Of a DNA stretch of 44,878 nt, positions 19,302 through 27,622 are shown piece after piece (the first letter of the stretch is position 1; the number at the start of each line of letters is the position of its first letter). The notes beneath the pieces were generated by a model. It was not told the origin of the DNA and did no database searches. It saw nothing but the letters and a program-made list of their open reading frames with translations. The stretch covers positions 1 to 44,878 of the forward strand of contig JAIXRA010000067.1 in assembly GCA_027485465.1 (NCBI GenBank), in the 5' to 3' direction. This DNA comes from Bacteroidota bacterium (GTDB lineage: Bacteria > Bacteroidota > Bacteroidia > UBA7662). The position numbers and the translations under genes are program-made.

Positions 19302-20391
19302 GGTTGAAATCGATTTGTTTGAGGAATTGGAGAAACGGTTGGGGCAGAGGGTAACGTTCAAGGTCTTGGAGAGTCACCCAGACCCCGCCGTCAAGATGCA
19401 AATTACGATTCAGCCGTATACAATTCAAATTCAAAGTTAATGAACGATGGCTTAGGGCATGACTCACGGTAACCAACCGATGTGAAAGGGTTTCCGAAGG
19501 ATGCTCAGACCCCCAATGCTGATCCCAGGCCGATTCATCCCATGCTCCAGCCCATGGCTGAGGCAAAAATTCGTACAACCCGGCCCATATTCCTTGGTCT
19601 CTCCGGGGAAACAAAAGAACCCTACCCCGGTGGAAGAGGACCAAATAATCCAAGGTGAGCGGGACAACTTTGGTGGATTTGGAACGTTTCGGCAGCTCAC
19701 CTACCCTGTCTTGGAGAAAAGCGACGCATTTCTTTTGCCAAAAACAGGTGTTACAGGCCGGTTTTTGGGGTGTACATACGGTCGCTCCCATATCCATCAG
19801 GGCTTGGTTGTAATCGCCGGGGCGATCTGTATCCAAAAGATTTTGAGCGGTTTGGCGTATCCATCGCAGGCCTTCGGCGGTGTCGTACGGCGCTTCGGCC
19901 CCAAAAGCTCTTGACAAAACCCGGATGACATTGCCATCCACCACCGGTGCTGGGTAATCCAGGGCAATGGAGGCAATGGCCGCGGCCGTATAGGGGCCCA
20001 CACCTGGTAATTGGAGCCATTCAGCAGGACTTTGAGGCAAGCCCCCGCCCTTTGCAACCACTAACTTAGCGGCGCAATGCAGGTGATGGGCTCTGCGATA
20101 ATAACCCAATCCCTGCCATAGACGAAGGACGTCCTGAATATCAGCCTGGGCCAATTCCTGAACCGTTGGGAAATGATCCAGGAATCGAAGGTAATAGGAT
20201 AAACCCTGATCAACCCTGGTTTGCTGCAACAGGACTTCCGAAAGCCAGATCGCGTAGGGATTGCGCGTACGTCGCCAAGGCAAATCCCGACCATGAACAG
20301 CGTACCAAGCCAATAAGCATTTAGACCACAGGCTTTTATACTTCAACAAACTCCGCTCTGTTTTTTGATTGGCACCCTCTTCGTGACGCAT
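19234..20391 (-). CDS. mutY: A/G-specific adenine glycosylase MutY
   Basis: RDLPWR, SEVLLQQTRV, GLGYYRRA, LPGVGPYTA, VDGNV and FeS motif C-x6-C-x2-C-x5-C; exact start uncertain. Confidence 0.96.
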   Translation of the reverse strand: MRHEEGANQKTERSLLKYKSLWSKCLLAWYAVHGRDLPWRRTRNPYAIWLSEVLLQQTRVDQGLSYYLRFLDHFPTVQELAQADIQDVLRLWQGLGYYRRAHHLHCAAKLVVAKGGGLPQSPAEWLQLPGVGPYTAAAIASIALDYPAPVVDGNVIRVLSRAFGAEAPYDTAEGLRWIRQTAQNLLDTDRPGDYNQALMDMGATVCTPQKPACNTCFWQKKCVAFLQDRVGELPKRSKSTKVVPLTLDYLVLFHRGRVLLFPRRDQGIWAGLYEFLPQPWAGAWDESAWDQHWGSEHPSETLSHRLVTVSHALSHRSLTLNLNCIRLNRNLHLDGGVWVTLQDLERYPLPQPFLQFLKQIDFNHGRTQQSHAHRQPRQGPRSQNP

Positions 20392-20410
20392 ACTATTAAG
20401 ATTTATGGTC

Positions 20411-20418
20411 TATATTTG
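20411..20418 (+). promoter_or_regulatory. -7 promoter element for the HU-TPR-bS22-rng unit
   Basis: TATATTTG followed by C, 46 nt before the HU ATG. Confidence 0.65.
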
Positions 20419-20464
20419 CCGTCCTTTACGAAAATTCTTCGAATTAACCCTCAAAACCAAAGCC

Positions 20465-20758
20465 ATGACCAAAGCCGATTTGATTCGCCAGATTGCCGAC
20501 GAAACAGGAGTTGAACGAGTTGATGTTGCCCAAAGTGTAGAAGCCCTCATCGCAGTTGTAAAGAAATCCCTCAAAGGCGGTCAGAGTATCTATCTCCGCG
20601 GTTTTGGAAGTTTTATTATCAAGAAGCGCGCCAAGAAATTGGCCCGGAACATTTCCCGCGGTACCACCGTTGAAATCCCTGAACACTTTGTTCCTAGTTT
20701 CAAGCCCTCCAAGCAGTTTATCGATTTGGTCCGCAAAGGACCCAAAAAGACCCGCTAA
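20465..20758 (+). CDS. HU/IHF family DNA-binding protein
   Basis: MTKADL, YLRGFGSF, ARNIS and PSFKPSK; start at ATG 20465. Confidence 0.95.
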   Translation: MTKADLIRQIADETGVERVDVAQSVEALIAVVKKSLKGGQSIYLRGFGSFIIKKRAKKLARNISRGTTVEIPEHFVPSFKPSKQFIDLVRKGPKKTR

Positions 20759-20760
20759 AA

Positions 20761-21612
20761 ATGCTCTCTAGACCCCTAATCCTGGTAATCCTCTGCCTAG
20801 CAGTGGGTTTGACCCTTGCGATTGGGGGGCAACGGAGTGCCATGAAAGCGGGCGATGCGGGGGATCCTGACCCCAAGGAACAGGATTCCGGTGCAGAGCC
20901 CACTGCCTCCACCGTGTTGGATAGCAAGGTGAAAGCATTGTCCGAAGAAGACCGAACCCGCTTTGAATCGGTTCGTTCCGCCCTGGACTCCCTCAAGGAT
21001 CGCCCCGAACAAACCGCGGGTTTGTGGAAGAGTTTGGCGTCTTTTTGGTTAACCCGTCAGGATTTTCTAGGAGCGGCTGTTTGTTTGGACCAAGCCCTTG
21101 TTTGGGGCCCCAACGGGGTCGATTTCAAGGAGGCCGGTCTTTATTACAGCTCTGCAAGGCATGCCCCCGAGGCCGAAGACAGCCTCGTACAGGCCTTTTG
21201 CCGTCGCCGCTCCACGGAACTCTTGGCCAAGGCCTTGGAAACCCAACCCAACGATCTTGACCTCAAAGCAGATTGGGCTCAGGCCCTGGTACTCTCCAGT
21301 CCGGCCCCTATGCAAGGGGTTCAGGTTCTTATGGGTATCGTCAAAGAGGAGCCCCGCCACCTGAAGGCCCATGCACACCTTGCCAAATTGGCCATCGAAA
21401 GCAAGCAATTCCCCAAAGCCATTCAGCGTTTCAAAAACCTCTTGGATTGGTACCCCGGCTTGGGCGAAGCTTACCTTGGCCTGGGTGAAGCCTATTACCG
21501 GTCCGGTCAAGCGGACAGTGCAGTCTTCTACCTCAAGCAATACCGCGGATTGGTCCGCGACCCAGAAATACAAGAACAGATCGATTCCTATCTGAATCAA
21601 ATTCAACCTTAA
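20761..21612 (+). CDS. Membrane-anchored or exported tetratricopeptide repeat protein
   Basis: N-terminal hydrophobic segment and TPR-like helices (PMQGVQVL, AYLGLGEAYY). Confidence 0.8.
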   Translation: MLSRPLILVILCLAVGLTLAIGGQRSAMKAGDAGDPDPKEQDSGAEPTASTVLDSKVKALSEEDRTRFESVRSALDSLKDRPEQTAGLWKSLASFWLTRQDFLGAAVCLDQALVWGPNGVDFKEAGLYYSSARHAPEAEDSLVQAFCRRRSTELLAKALETQPNDLDLKADWAQALVLSSPAPMQGVQVLMGIVKEEPRHLKAHAHLAKLAIESKQFPKAIQRFKNLLDWYPGLGEAYLGLGEAYYRSGQADSAVFYLKQYRGLVRDPEIQEQIDSYLNQIQP

Positions 21613-21623
21613 TCCCACCCCCT

Positions 21624-21713
21624 ATGCCCTGCGGTAAAAAAAGAAAGCGTCATAAGATGTCCACGCACAAGCGCAAAAAGCGTTTGAGAAAAAATCGCCA
21701 CAAGAAAAAATAA
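21624..21713 (+). CDS. 30S ribosomal protein bS22 (AURKAIP1/COX24-domain small basic protein)
   Basis: Manual translation MPCGKKRKRHKMSTHKRKKRLRKNRHKKK* (29 aa), below the ORF-track cut-off; matches the Bacteroidota bS22 pattern MPxGKKRKRHK...HKRKKR. Confidence 0.9.
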   Translation: MPCGKKRKRHKMSTHKRKKRLRKNRHKKK

Positions 21714-21718
21714 TTCCG

Positions 21719-21792
21719 GTCTGAGAATGGGTCTCCTTTGCGAAGGATACCCACAGACTTTGGCATGACCTCTTTCGCCCTTAGGCGAAGGA
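21719..21792 (+). other. Two RNA stem-loops between bS22 and rng
   Basis: Hairpin 1 (21719-21758): GTCTG/CAGAC, TGGGT/ACCCA, TCCTT/AAGGA, loop TGCG. Hairpin 2 (21771-21792): TCTTTCGCC-CTTA-GGCGAAGGA, 9 bp with one G-U. Confidence 0.6.
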
Positions 21793-21808
21793 CCAAATAT
21801 TTATTGCC

Positions 21809-23359
21809 GTGAGTAAATCACTATTTGTCAGCCACTCGAGCAAGGGCTTTGTCTTTGCTATGACCGAGGGCAAGAAACTCGTTGAATACGGGGAAGAAAC
21901 CAACGAAAAAGCTTTTCAGGTTGGAGATATCTATTGGGGGGAAGTACGCAAAATCAACCCCTCACTCAATGCCTGCTTTGTCGACGTTGGAGACGAAAAA
22001 GACGGGTTTCTTCACTATTTGGATTTGGGCGAACATTTTGGATCGCTTCGAAAATTAACCCAGGAGCTGAACGGGGGAAAGCGCAAACCCGGCATGCTCC
22101 AAAATTTTGAAAAAGCCGAAATTCTTCCCAAAGAAGGAAAAATTGGGGACTATCTTCAAAAGGGCGACAAAATTCCAGTCCAAATCACCAAGGAACCCAT
22201 CAATTCCAAAGGCCCACGTCTGACCGCTTCGCTTTCTTTGGCCGGTCGTTTTTGTGTCCTGCTTCCCGTTGATAGCGGGGTTTCGGTTTCTCGCAAAATC
22301 GTGGATGCCAACGAAAAGAAAAGGCTGAAACAAATCGCCTCTCAGGCCCTGCCACGAAATTTTGGGGTCATTGTGCGCACCGCCGCTGTCGGGGCAGGAT
22401 CCGATGAAATCTCCAGCGATATTCAAGACCTGGTTACAAAGTGGAAAGAGATTTCCCAAAAAATCGCTGCAGCCAAGCCCAAAGACCTGATTAGCAAAGA
22501 AATAACCAGGGTAACCGGATTGCTGCGAGATTTGTTAAGCGATCAGTTTGATCAAATTTTGGTGGACCATCCTGGCATGGCCGAACAGCTCCGCGAATAT
22601 GTTCAGGGTATTGCCCCCGACAAGGTCAACCTGGTTCAGGATTACAAAGGCAAGGTGCCTCTCTTTGAGCATACTGGCTTGGACAAACAAGTCAAGGGCT
22701 CCTTTGGCACATCGGTCAGCATGCCCGGTGGCATTTATTTGGTCATTGAACATACCGAAGCTTTGCATGTCATCGATGTCAATAGCGGAAATCGTTCCAA
22801 GAAAGACAACGACCAGCAGGAACATGCCCTGCAAACCAATATGGACGCCGCCGAAGAGATTGCAAGACAACTTCGGCTGAGGGACATGGGCGGCATCATC
22901 GTCATCGATTTCATAGATCTCAAATCCGCCGAGCATCGCAAGGCCCTTTTGGACAAGATGATTGGCCTCATGTCCACAGACCGGGCCAAGCATCATATTC
23001 TACCCATGTCCAAGTTTGGACTGATGGAAATCACCCGTCAACGGGTAAGGCCAGCCGTTCAAATATCCACCCAGGAACAATGCGCGGCTTGCAGAGGCAC
23101 GGGCAAAATTGGACCCAGCCTTTTGATTACCGATCAAATCGAAAGTCGTCTTGATTTTTTGCTGCTCAAAAACGGAGAGAAAAGCGTAACCATCAGCGCC
23201 CATCCCCACTTGGCTGCCTATTGCAAAAGCGGTTGGCCTTCTTTGCAGTGGAAATGGGTTTGGAAATACCGCAAATCAGTCAAAGTCAGGGCAGACCAGC
23301 AATTGCTCATGGGAGAATACCGCTTGCTAAATCCCAAAGGAGAGGTCATCCCCCTTTGA
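21809..23359 (+). CDS. rng: Rne/Rng family ribonuclease (RNase G-like)
   Basis: S1 domain, KEPINSKGPRLT, TEALHVIDVNSG, LRDMGGIIVIDFID and CAACRGTG Zn link; GTG start. Confidence 0.94.
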   Translation: MSKSLFVSHSSKGFVFAMTEGKKLVEYGEETNEKAFQVGDIYWGEVRKINPSLNACFVDVGDEKDGFLHYLDLGEHFGSLRKLTQELNGGKRKPGMLQNFEKAEILPKEGKIGDYLQKGDKIPVQITKEPINSKGPRLTASLSLAGRFCVLLPVDSGVSVSRKIVDANEKKRLKQIASQALPRNFGVIVRTAAVGAGSDEISSDIQDLVTKWKEISQKIAAAKPKDLISKEITRVTGLLRDLLSDQFDQILVDHPGMAEQLREYVQGIAPDKVNLVQDYKGKVPLFEHTGLDKQVKGSFGTSVSMPGGIYLVIEHTEALHVIDVNSGNRSKKDNDQQEHALQTNMDAAEEIARQLRLRDMGGIIVIDFIDLKSAEHRKALLDKMIGLMSTDRAKHHILPMSKFGLMEITRQRVRPAVQISTQEQCAACRGTGKIGPSLLITDQIESRLDFLLLKNGEKSVTISAHPHLAAYCKSGWPSLQWKWVWKYRKSVKVRADQQLLMGEYRLLNPKGEVIPL

Positions 23360-23372
23360 TTCTTCAAATCCC

Positions 23373-25073
23373 TCACACCAGGGATTGCCTCCAGCCCCTA
23401 CCAAAACTCCGTGAGCTGACCCGTAAAACGGGAGGCATCTGGAACCGCTTGAATTCACTTCGCCGCACCAACCCCCATACCCTGGACACGATGTCCGGGT
23501 CGTGACCGGCCTGGTAGAGTCCGGCCCGATCCAACCCTCCCTCAATAAGATCCATCAAAAGAGCATCCAGGACCGGATAAGGAGGCAATGAATCCGTATC
23601 CAACTGATCGGGGCGCAATTCTGCACTGGGGAGAGCCTGCACAATGGAGGCTGGTATCCAGTTCCCCTGCTCGTTCCAATAATTTGCCAAGGCGTACAAC
23701 TGGGTTTTATACAAATCACCAACCACCGAAAGTCCTCCCCCCATATCCCCGTAAAGGGTGCTGTACCCCACGGCGGCCTCGCTTTTGTTACTGGAATTCA
23801 ACCACATATCCCCAAACTGATTGGAGTGAGCCATCAAATACAAGGCCCTCAATCGGGGTTGTATATTTTCTTCGGTGAGTGGTCGAATGGCCTCGCCCCA
23901 TTGAGTCAGGAGCGTTTCCTTGATGGAGCCAAAAGCAGAACCAATGGGTAGAATACGATGCGCGACTCCGTGCATTTTGCAGAGTTCCAGGCTATCACGA
24001 ACCGATCGATCCGACGAATATTCCGAAGGCATCAGGAGGGCTGTAACATTTTCGGCACCCAATGCCATCACCGCCAGGCAAGTGACCATGGCCGAGTCCA
24101 AGCCTCCCGAAAGTCCCACCACAACCCCTTGACCACCGGTCATGTCCCTGTAATCCCGGAGTCCCGTGCACAACGCCTGGGTTACTTCAACGGGATCAAA
24201 ACGATGACCCAAGACCAGGGGATGACTCTTCTCCAGCGACTTGTTCTCCAAGACCGAAGGAGCCCGCGAAACAACCCAAGTGTTGTCATGCAATGCCATC
24301 ACCTCCGCCTTGAGCGCGACGCCTTCCACCACCTCCACCAAAAGCATGGACTCCAAAAAAGAAGGGCAACGAACAACCGTTTCACCCACCGCACTAATCA
24401 GTGAACTGCCACCATCAAAAATCAGATCCGCCCGTGCACCCACCTGATTCACGTACAGCAACGGCAATCCATACCGGGCTGCTACCGATGACAAAACCTT
24501 TTGGCGCTTTACCACCCCTTGAATGGAATACGGAGAGGCCGCAAGGTTCAGTAGGACCCGAGGCTTTCCATGGTCAAGCGCCAAGGCCACTGCGACCGGA
24601 TCACTGGGATAGTTGTAGTCCGCATCTTGGGCCCAGAGGTCTTCGCAAATCGACAAAACCACGCTTTGACCAGCGATTTCGATGGTTGAGCAGGCCTCTC
24701 CCGGCGTGAAATACCGGGACTCGTCAAAGACATCGTAATTCGGTAACAATACTTTGCGTCCTACTTCGCGGACTTCCCCGCGATAACACCAAAAAACAGC
24801 GTTGTATAGAGCCGAATCCACCTTGGAAGGTGCCCCTACCAAAAGGGGTATCTCTGCCGAAGCGGCCAAGGTCCCCAGTGCCTTTGTGCATGCTTCCTGC
24901 AATCCCGGCTCCCTCAACAAATCCATGGGTGGGTATCCCACCAAACTTAATTCCGGAAACACGACCGCGTCAGCTCCTTGAAGGGCCGCCTTCTTGGCGA
25001 GTTCCCCCATTCGCTCGGCGTTGTGTTCCAATCGACCGATGCCGGGGGCCCATTGAATTAAAGCGAGGCGCAT
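23373..25073 (-). CDS. nadE: Glutamine-dependent NAD+ synthetase
   Basis: Nitrilase domain triad (FPEL, RKVLLPNYDVFDE, ICEDLW), synthetase GLSGGLDS, NKSE, TLYGD and PSAELRPDQ; start moved to ATG 25073. Confidence 0.96.
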   Translation of the reverse strand: MRLALIQWAPGIGRLEHNAERMGELAKKAALQGADAVVFPELSLVGYPPMDLLREPGLQEACTKALGTLAASAEIPLLVGAPSKVDSALYNAVFWCYRGEVREVGRKVLLPNYDVFDESRYFTPGEACSTIEIAGQSVVLSICEDLWAQDADYNYPSDPVAVALALDHGKPRVLLNLAASPYSIQGVVKRQKVLSSVAARYGLPLLYVNQVGARADLIFDGGSSLISAVGETVVRCPSFLESMLLVEVVEGVALKAEVMALHDNTWVVSRAPSVLENKSLEKSHPLVLGHRFDPVEVTQALCTGLRDYRDMTGGQGVVVGLSGGLDSAMVTCLAVMALGAENVTALLMPSEYSSDRSVRDSLELCKMHGVAHRILPIGSAFGSIKETLLTQWGEAIRPLTEENIQPRLRALYLMAHSNQFGDMWLNSSNKSEAAVGYSTLYGDMGGGLSVVGDLYKTQLYALANYWNEQGNWIPASIVQALPSAELRPDQLDTDSLPPYPVLDALLMDLIEGGLDRAGLYQAGHDPDIVSRVWGLVRRSEFKRFQMPPVLRVSSRSFGRGWRQSLV

Positions 25074-25131
25074 GGTTGAAGGTTTTGGAGGAGGAGGGCT
25101 GACTGCATTGGATGCAGACGCCACAGCGGGG

Positions 25132-25139
25132 TAAATTTG
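25132..25139 (+). promoter_or_regulatory. -7 promoter element for gldB
   Basis: TAAATTTG followed by C, with TTGG 20 nt upstream (-33-like); 34 nt before the ATG. Confidence 0.6.
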
Positions 25140-25173
25140 CTGAAGAGCTTCTTGAACACAACCCTCATCTCGA

Positions 25174-26238
25174 ATGTCCAAAAATAAGATTTATACCGCC
25201 CTTATCCTCCTTTGTTCAGCAATCCTCCTTTATTGGGTATCCCAAAAGACCAAGCCCGGCCTAACCACCGGACCCCTTCCCCAAAGCAAGGTGGCGGTTC
25301 CCACTCTAAGGCCATTCTGGAAGGCTCTTCCCATCCAAACCGGCGAAAACCCAGCGGAATGGCTTGAGCGGCAAAGGAGACAGGATTCCTTGCTCTTTGA
25401 ATTTTTTGTTCAAAAAATCCTCCAAAGCGATCCCGAAACGGTCTATTCCTTGTGGCAGAACCCCGGGGTTGATAGTCTTACCAACGATGTAACGGCTTTT
25501 TGGGGGTCCGATCATCCGGAGGTGGTCCAAGCCAAGCAAGAATTGACCGAATTGCTAGTACGCTATCCTTCCCTGCTCCAAACAGCCGGTGGATTTTCCC
25601 CCGATTCCCTCGCCCCCCTCCCTGTACCGGTCGGTATGGTCGGACTCTTTCAATACCAATGCGTTTTGAGTGACTCCAATCTGTGGATTGGCCTGGACCT
25701 CTTTATGAATGAAAGTTATCGCTATTACCCCACCGTGGATCAGCTCTACCTCTATCAACGTCGGCGAACCCATCCTCGTCACATGCCCATCGCCGTGGCA
25801 CGAACCCTCAGCGAAGACTTGGTAGACCAACTCAACCCCGGATCTTCCACCGGAAAACTCCTCAACCAAATTCTTCGAGAGGGCCGAATCATGGCCTGCC
25901 TTCGACTCTTACTTCCGGAGACCCCCGACAGCCTTTTGCTGGGTTATAACCCCGGCCAATGGAACTGGATTTGCCAAAACGAAACCGATGTCTGGAAAAA
26001 CCTTGTTCGTTCCCAAGCTCTTTTTTCGGAGGACCCCTTGGTAGCGGCTCGCTACCTGAGTGACGGACCTTTTACATCGGGTTTATCGACGGACAGTCCT
26101 CCTGCCCTGGGTCGATTTTTGGGGGACCGAATTATGCAACAGTGGTTAGCCAACCAAAAGCCCCGTAAGGGTTGGATCAAAGCCCTGGGGCAGCCAGAAC
26201 TTATCCTTCAGGAATCGGGGTATCGAGGACGATCCTAA
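25174..26238 (+). CDS. gldB: GldB-like gliding motility protein
   Basis: IGLDLF, LLNQILREGR, PDSLLLGY, WICQNETDVW and GPFTSGL..DSPPALGRFLG resemble the GldB C-terminal half; adjacent to nadE. Confidence 0.75.
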   Translation: MSKNKIYTALILLCSAILLYWVSQKTKPGLTTGPLPQSKVAVPTLRPFWKALPIQTGENPAEWLERQRRQDSLLFEFFVQKILQSDPETVYSLWQNPGVDSLTNDVTAFWGSDHPEVVQAKQELTELLVRYPSLLQTAGGFSPDSLAPLPVPVGMVGLFQYQCVLSDSNLWIGLDLFMNESYRYYPTVDQLYLYQRRRTHPRHMPIAVARTLSEDLVDQLNPGSSTGKLLNQILREGRIMACLRLLLPETPDSLLLGYNPGQWNWICQNETDVWKNLVRSQALFSEDPLVAARYLSDGPFTSGLSTDSPPALGRFLGDRIMQQWLANQKPRKGWIKALGQPELILQESGYRGRS

Positions 26239-26243
26239 AACCT

Positions 26244-26939
26244 TTAGCGGTTCACCTCGACAAAACGTTCGATATCCTCCCGTTTACCAAGCAAAACCAT
26301 GAAATCAGAGCTGTACAAAATCGTATCTGCACTGGGGACGCCCAAAATATGATACTCATCACGCCGCTCACCTTGATCATTGGAAACCTCGTAGGAACGC
26401 CGCAAAGTAATCAGATTGAGCTTGTAACGGGTTCTTAGCTCGACCTGCAAAACTGTTTTGTTGCAAACCGCTGCAGGGGTTTTGACCTCCACAATTTGAT
26501 AGTCATCCGGTAATTGAAAAACATTTACCAAGTTGGGGTTCAAGAGACGACCAGCTACTGAGATACCCACCTCATCTTCCGGAGAGAGAATTTCGGTAAC
26601 ACCGAGTTTTTCGAGAACACGACGTTGTTGATCGGTTGAGGCCCTGGCAATGATACGCTTTACACCCAATTCAAGCAACGTAACGGTTGTTAACAAGAGA
26701 CCTTCAAAATCCTGACCAATCGCCACAACAACCGCATCCAAATCCTGCACGTTTTGTTCGCGCAATAACTTGAGGTTGGTTGCGTCCATTCGAACCGCAA
26801 AGGCAACATCATCACGCAAAGCGTTGATCGCTTGTTCATCGTTATCAATAACTATGACCTCGGCACCCCGCTGCGCCAGAGTCCTGGCAATGGTGGTTCC
26901 AAAGCGACCTAATCCGATGACACCGAAACGGTTTTCCAT
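26244..26939 (-). CDS. trkA: TrkA/KtrA family potassium uptake regulatory subunit (RCK_N + RCK_C)
   Basis: VIGLGRFG nucleotide-binding motif, DAVVVAIG, RIIARA, ILSPE and a C-terminal TrkA_C domain. Confidence 0.92.
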   Translation of the reverse strand: MENRFGVIGLGRFGTTIARTLAQRGAEVIVIDNDEQAINALRDDVAFAVRMDATNLKLLREQNVQDLDAVVVAIGQDFEGLLLTTVTLLELGVKRIIARASTDQQRRVLEKLGVTEILSPEDEVGISVAGRLLNPNLVNVFQLPDDYQIVEVKTPAAVCNKTVLQVELRTRYKLNLITLRRSYEVSNDQGERRDEYHILGVPSADTILYSSDFMVLLGKREDIERFVEVNR

Positions 26940-27571
26940 GATGATAAAGATTGAATATGAGAAGCAAAGACCTCCAAAGCAGGGCCAAAACCCTGGGTAT
27001 TGGTTATGATTAAATCACTTGAATCCCGATAGGGCTCCAGGTAGGCCCTGTAGGCCGGGGCCACATGATGATCCCACTGGTAACGAACAACGTCCTCGGG
27101 ATACCCTCGCTCGGCCAAATCCCGCTCAATCCTGCGGGCCAACATTAATTCTTGAGGGGCATCGATGAAAACTCGAAGATCCAAGAGGTCCGCAATTTCT
27201 CGGTAATGAAAGACGAAGAGTCCCTCAATGACCAACACCGGAGCGGGTTGTACCGTGTGATAAGCCGGCTCGGCCCCTGGACGATTAAAGGTGTACTCTT
27301 TGATACGAACCGAACGGCCTTCGATGAGGGTCTGCAAATCCTGCAGGCAACGGTCCCGGTCCAAGGCGTCGGGTAGGTCAAAATTGACCTCGCCCCTGGG
27401 GTCCCTGGCCTGCATTTCGATCGGGTGGTAATAATGGTCCTGCGATATCACAGCCAACTGCTCCGGCGCAAAACGGGCCGATAGGGCCTTGATAAAAGTG
27501 GTTTTGCCCGATGCACTCCCCCCTACCAAGCCAATGATATAAGGCTTTTGGGGATGAAGGCCGGATTGCAT
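26909..27571 (-). CDS. udk: Uridine kinase
   Basis: IGLVGGSASGKTT, SQDHYY, NFDLPDA, IEGLF and RRIERDLAERG. Confidence 0.9.
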   Translation of the reverse strand: MQSGLHPQKPYIIGLVGGSASGKTTFIKALSARFAPEQLAVISQDHYYHPIEMQARDPRGEVNFDLPDALDRDRCLQDLQTLIEGRSVRIKEYTFNRPGAEPAYHTVQPAPVLVIEGLFVFHYREIADLLDLRVFIDAPQELMLARRIERDLAERGYPEDVVRYQWDHHVAPAYRAYLEPYRDSSDLIITNTQGFGPALEVFASHIQSLSSWKTVSVSSD

Positions 27572-27575
27572 TCCG

Positions 27576-27605
27576 CAAAACTACACCAAAGTCCTCAAAC
27601 CCAAA
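27576..27605 (-). promoter_or_regulatory. Promoter for udk-trkA (-33 TTTG and -7 TAGTTTTG)
   Basis: TTTG (27602-27605)-N18-TAGTTTTG (27576-27583)-CGGA-ATG. Confidence 0.65.
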
Positions 27606-27622
27606 CCCAACCCCTAAACCCC
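27600..27622 (-). other. Canonical G-quadruplex-forming motif
   Basis: The minus strand reads GGGG-TTTA-GGGG-TT-GGG-TTT-GGG: four tracts of at least 3 G with 2-4 nt loops. Confidence 0.6.

Noticed and set aside
20370-20385. Second sigma54-like site TGGCACC near the HU promoter
   Set aside because: There is no TTGC at the -12 position (it reads TCGT), and a good TATATTTG element already explains the promoter.
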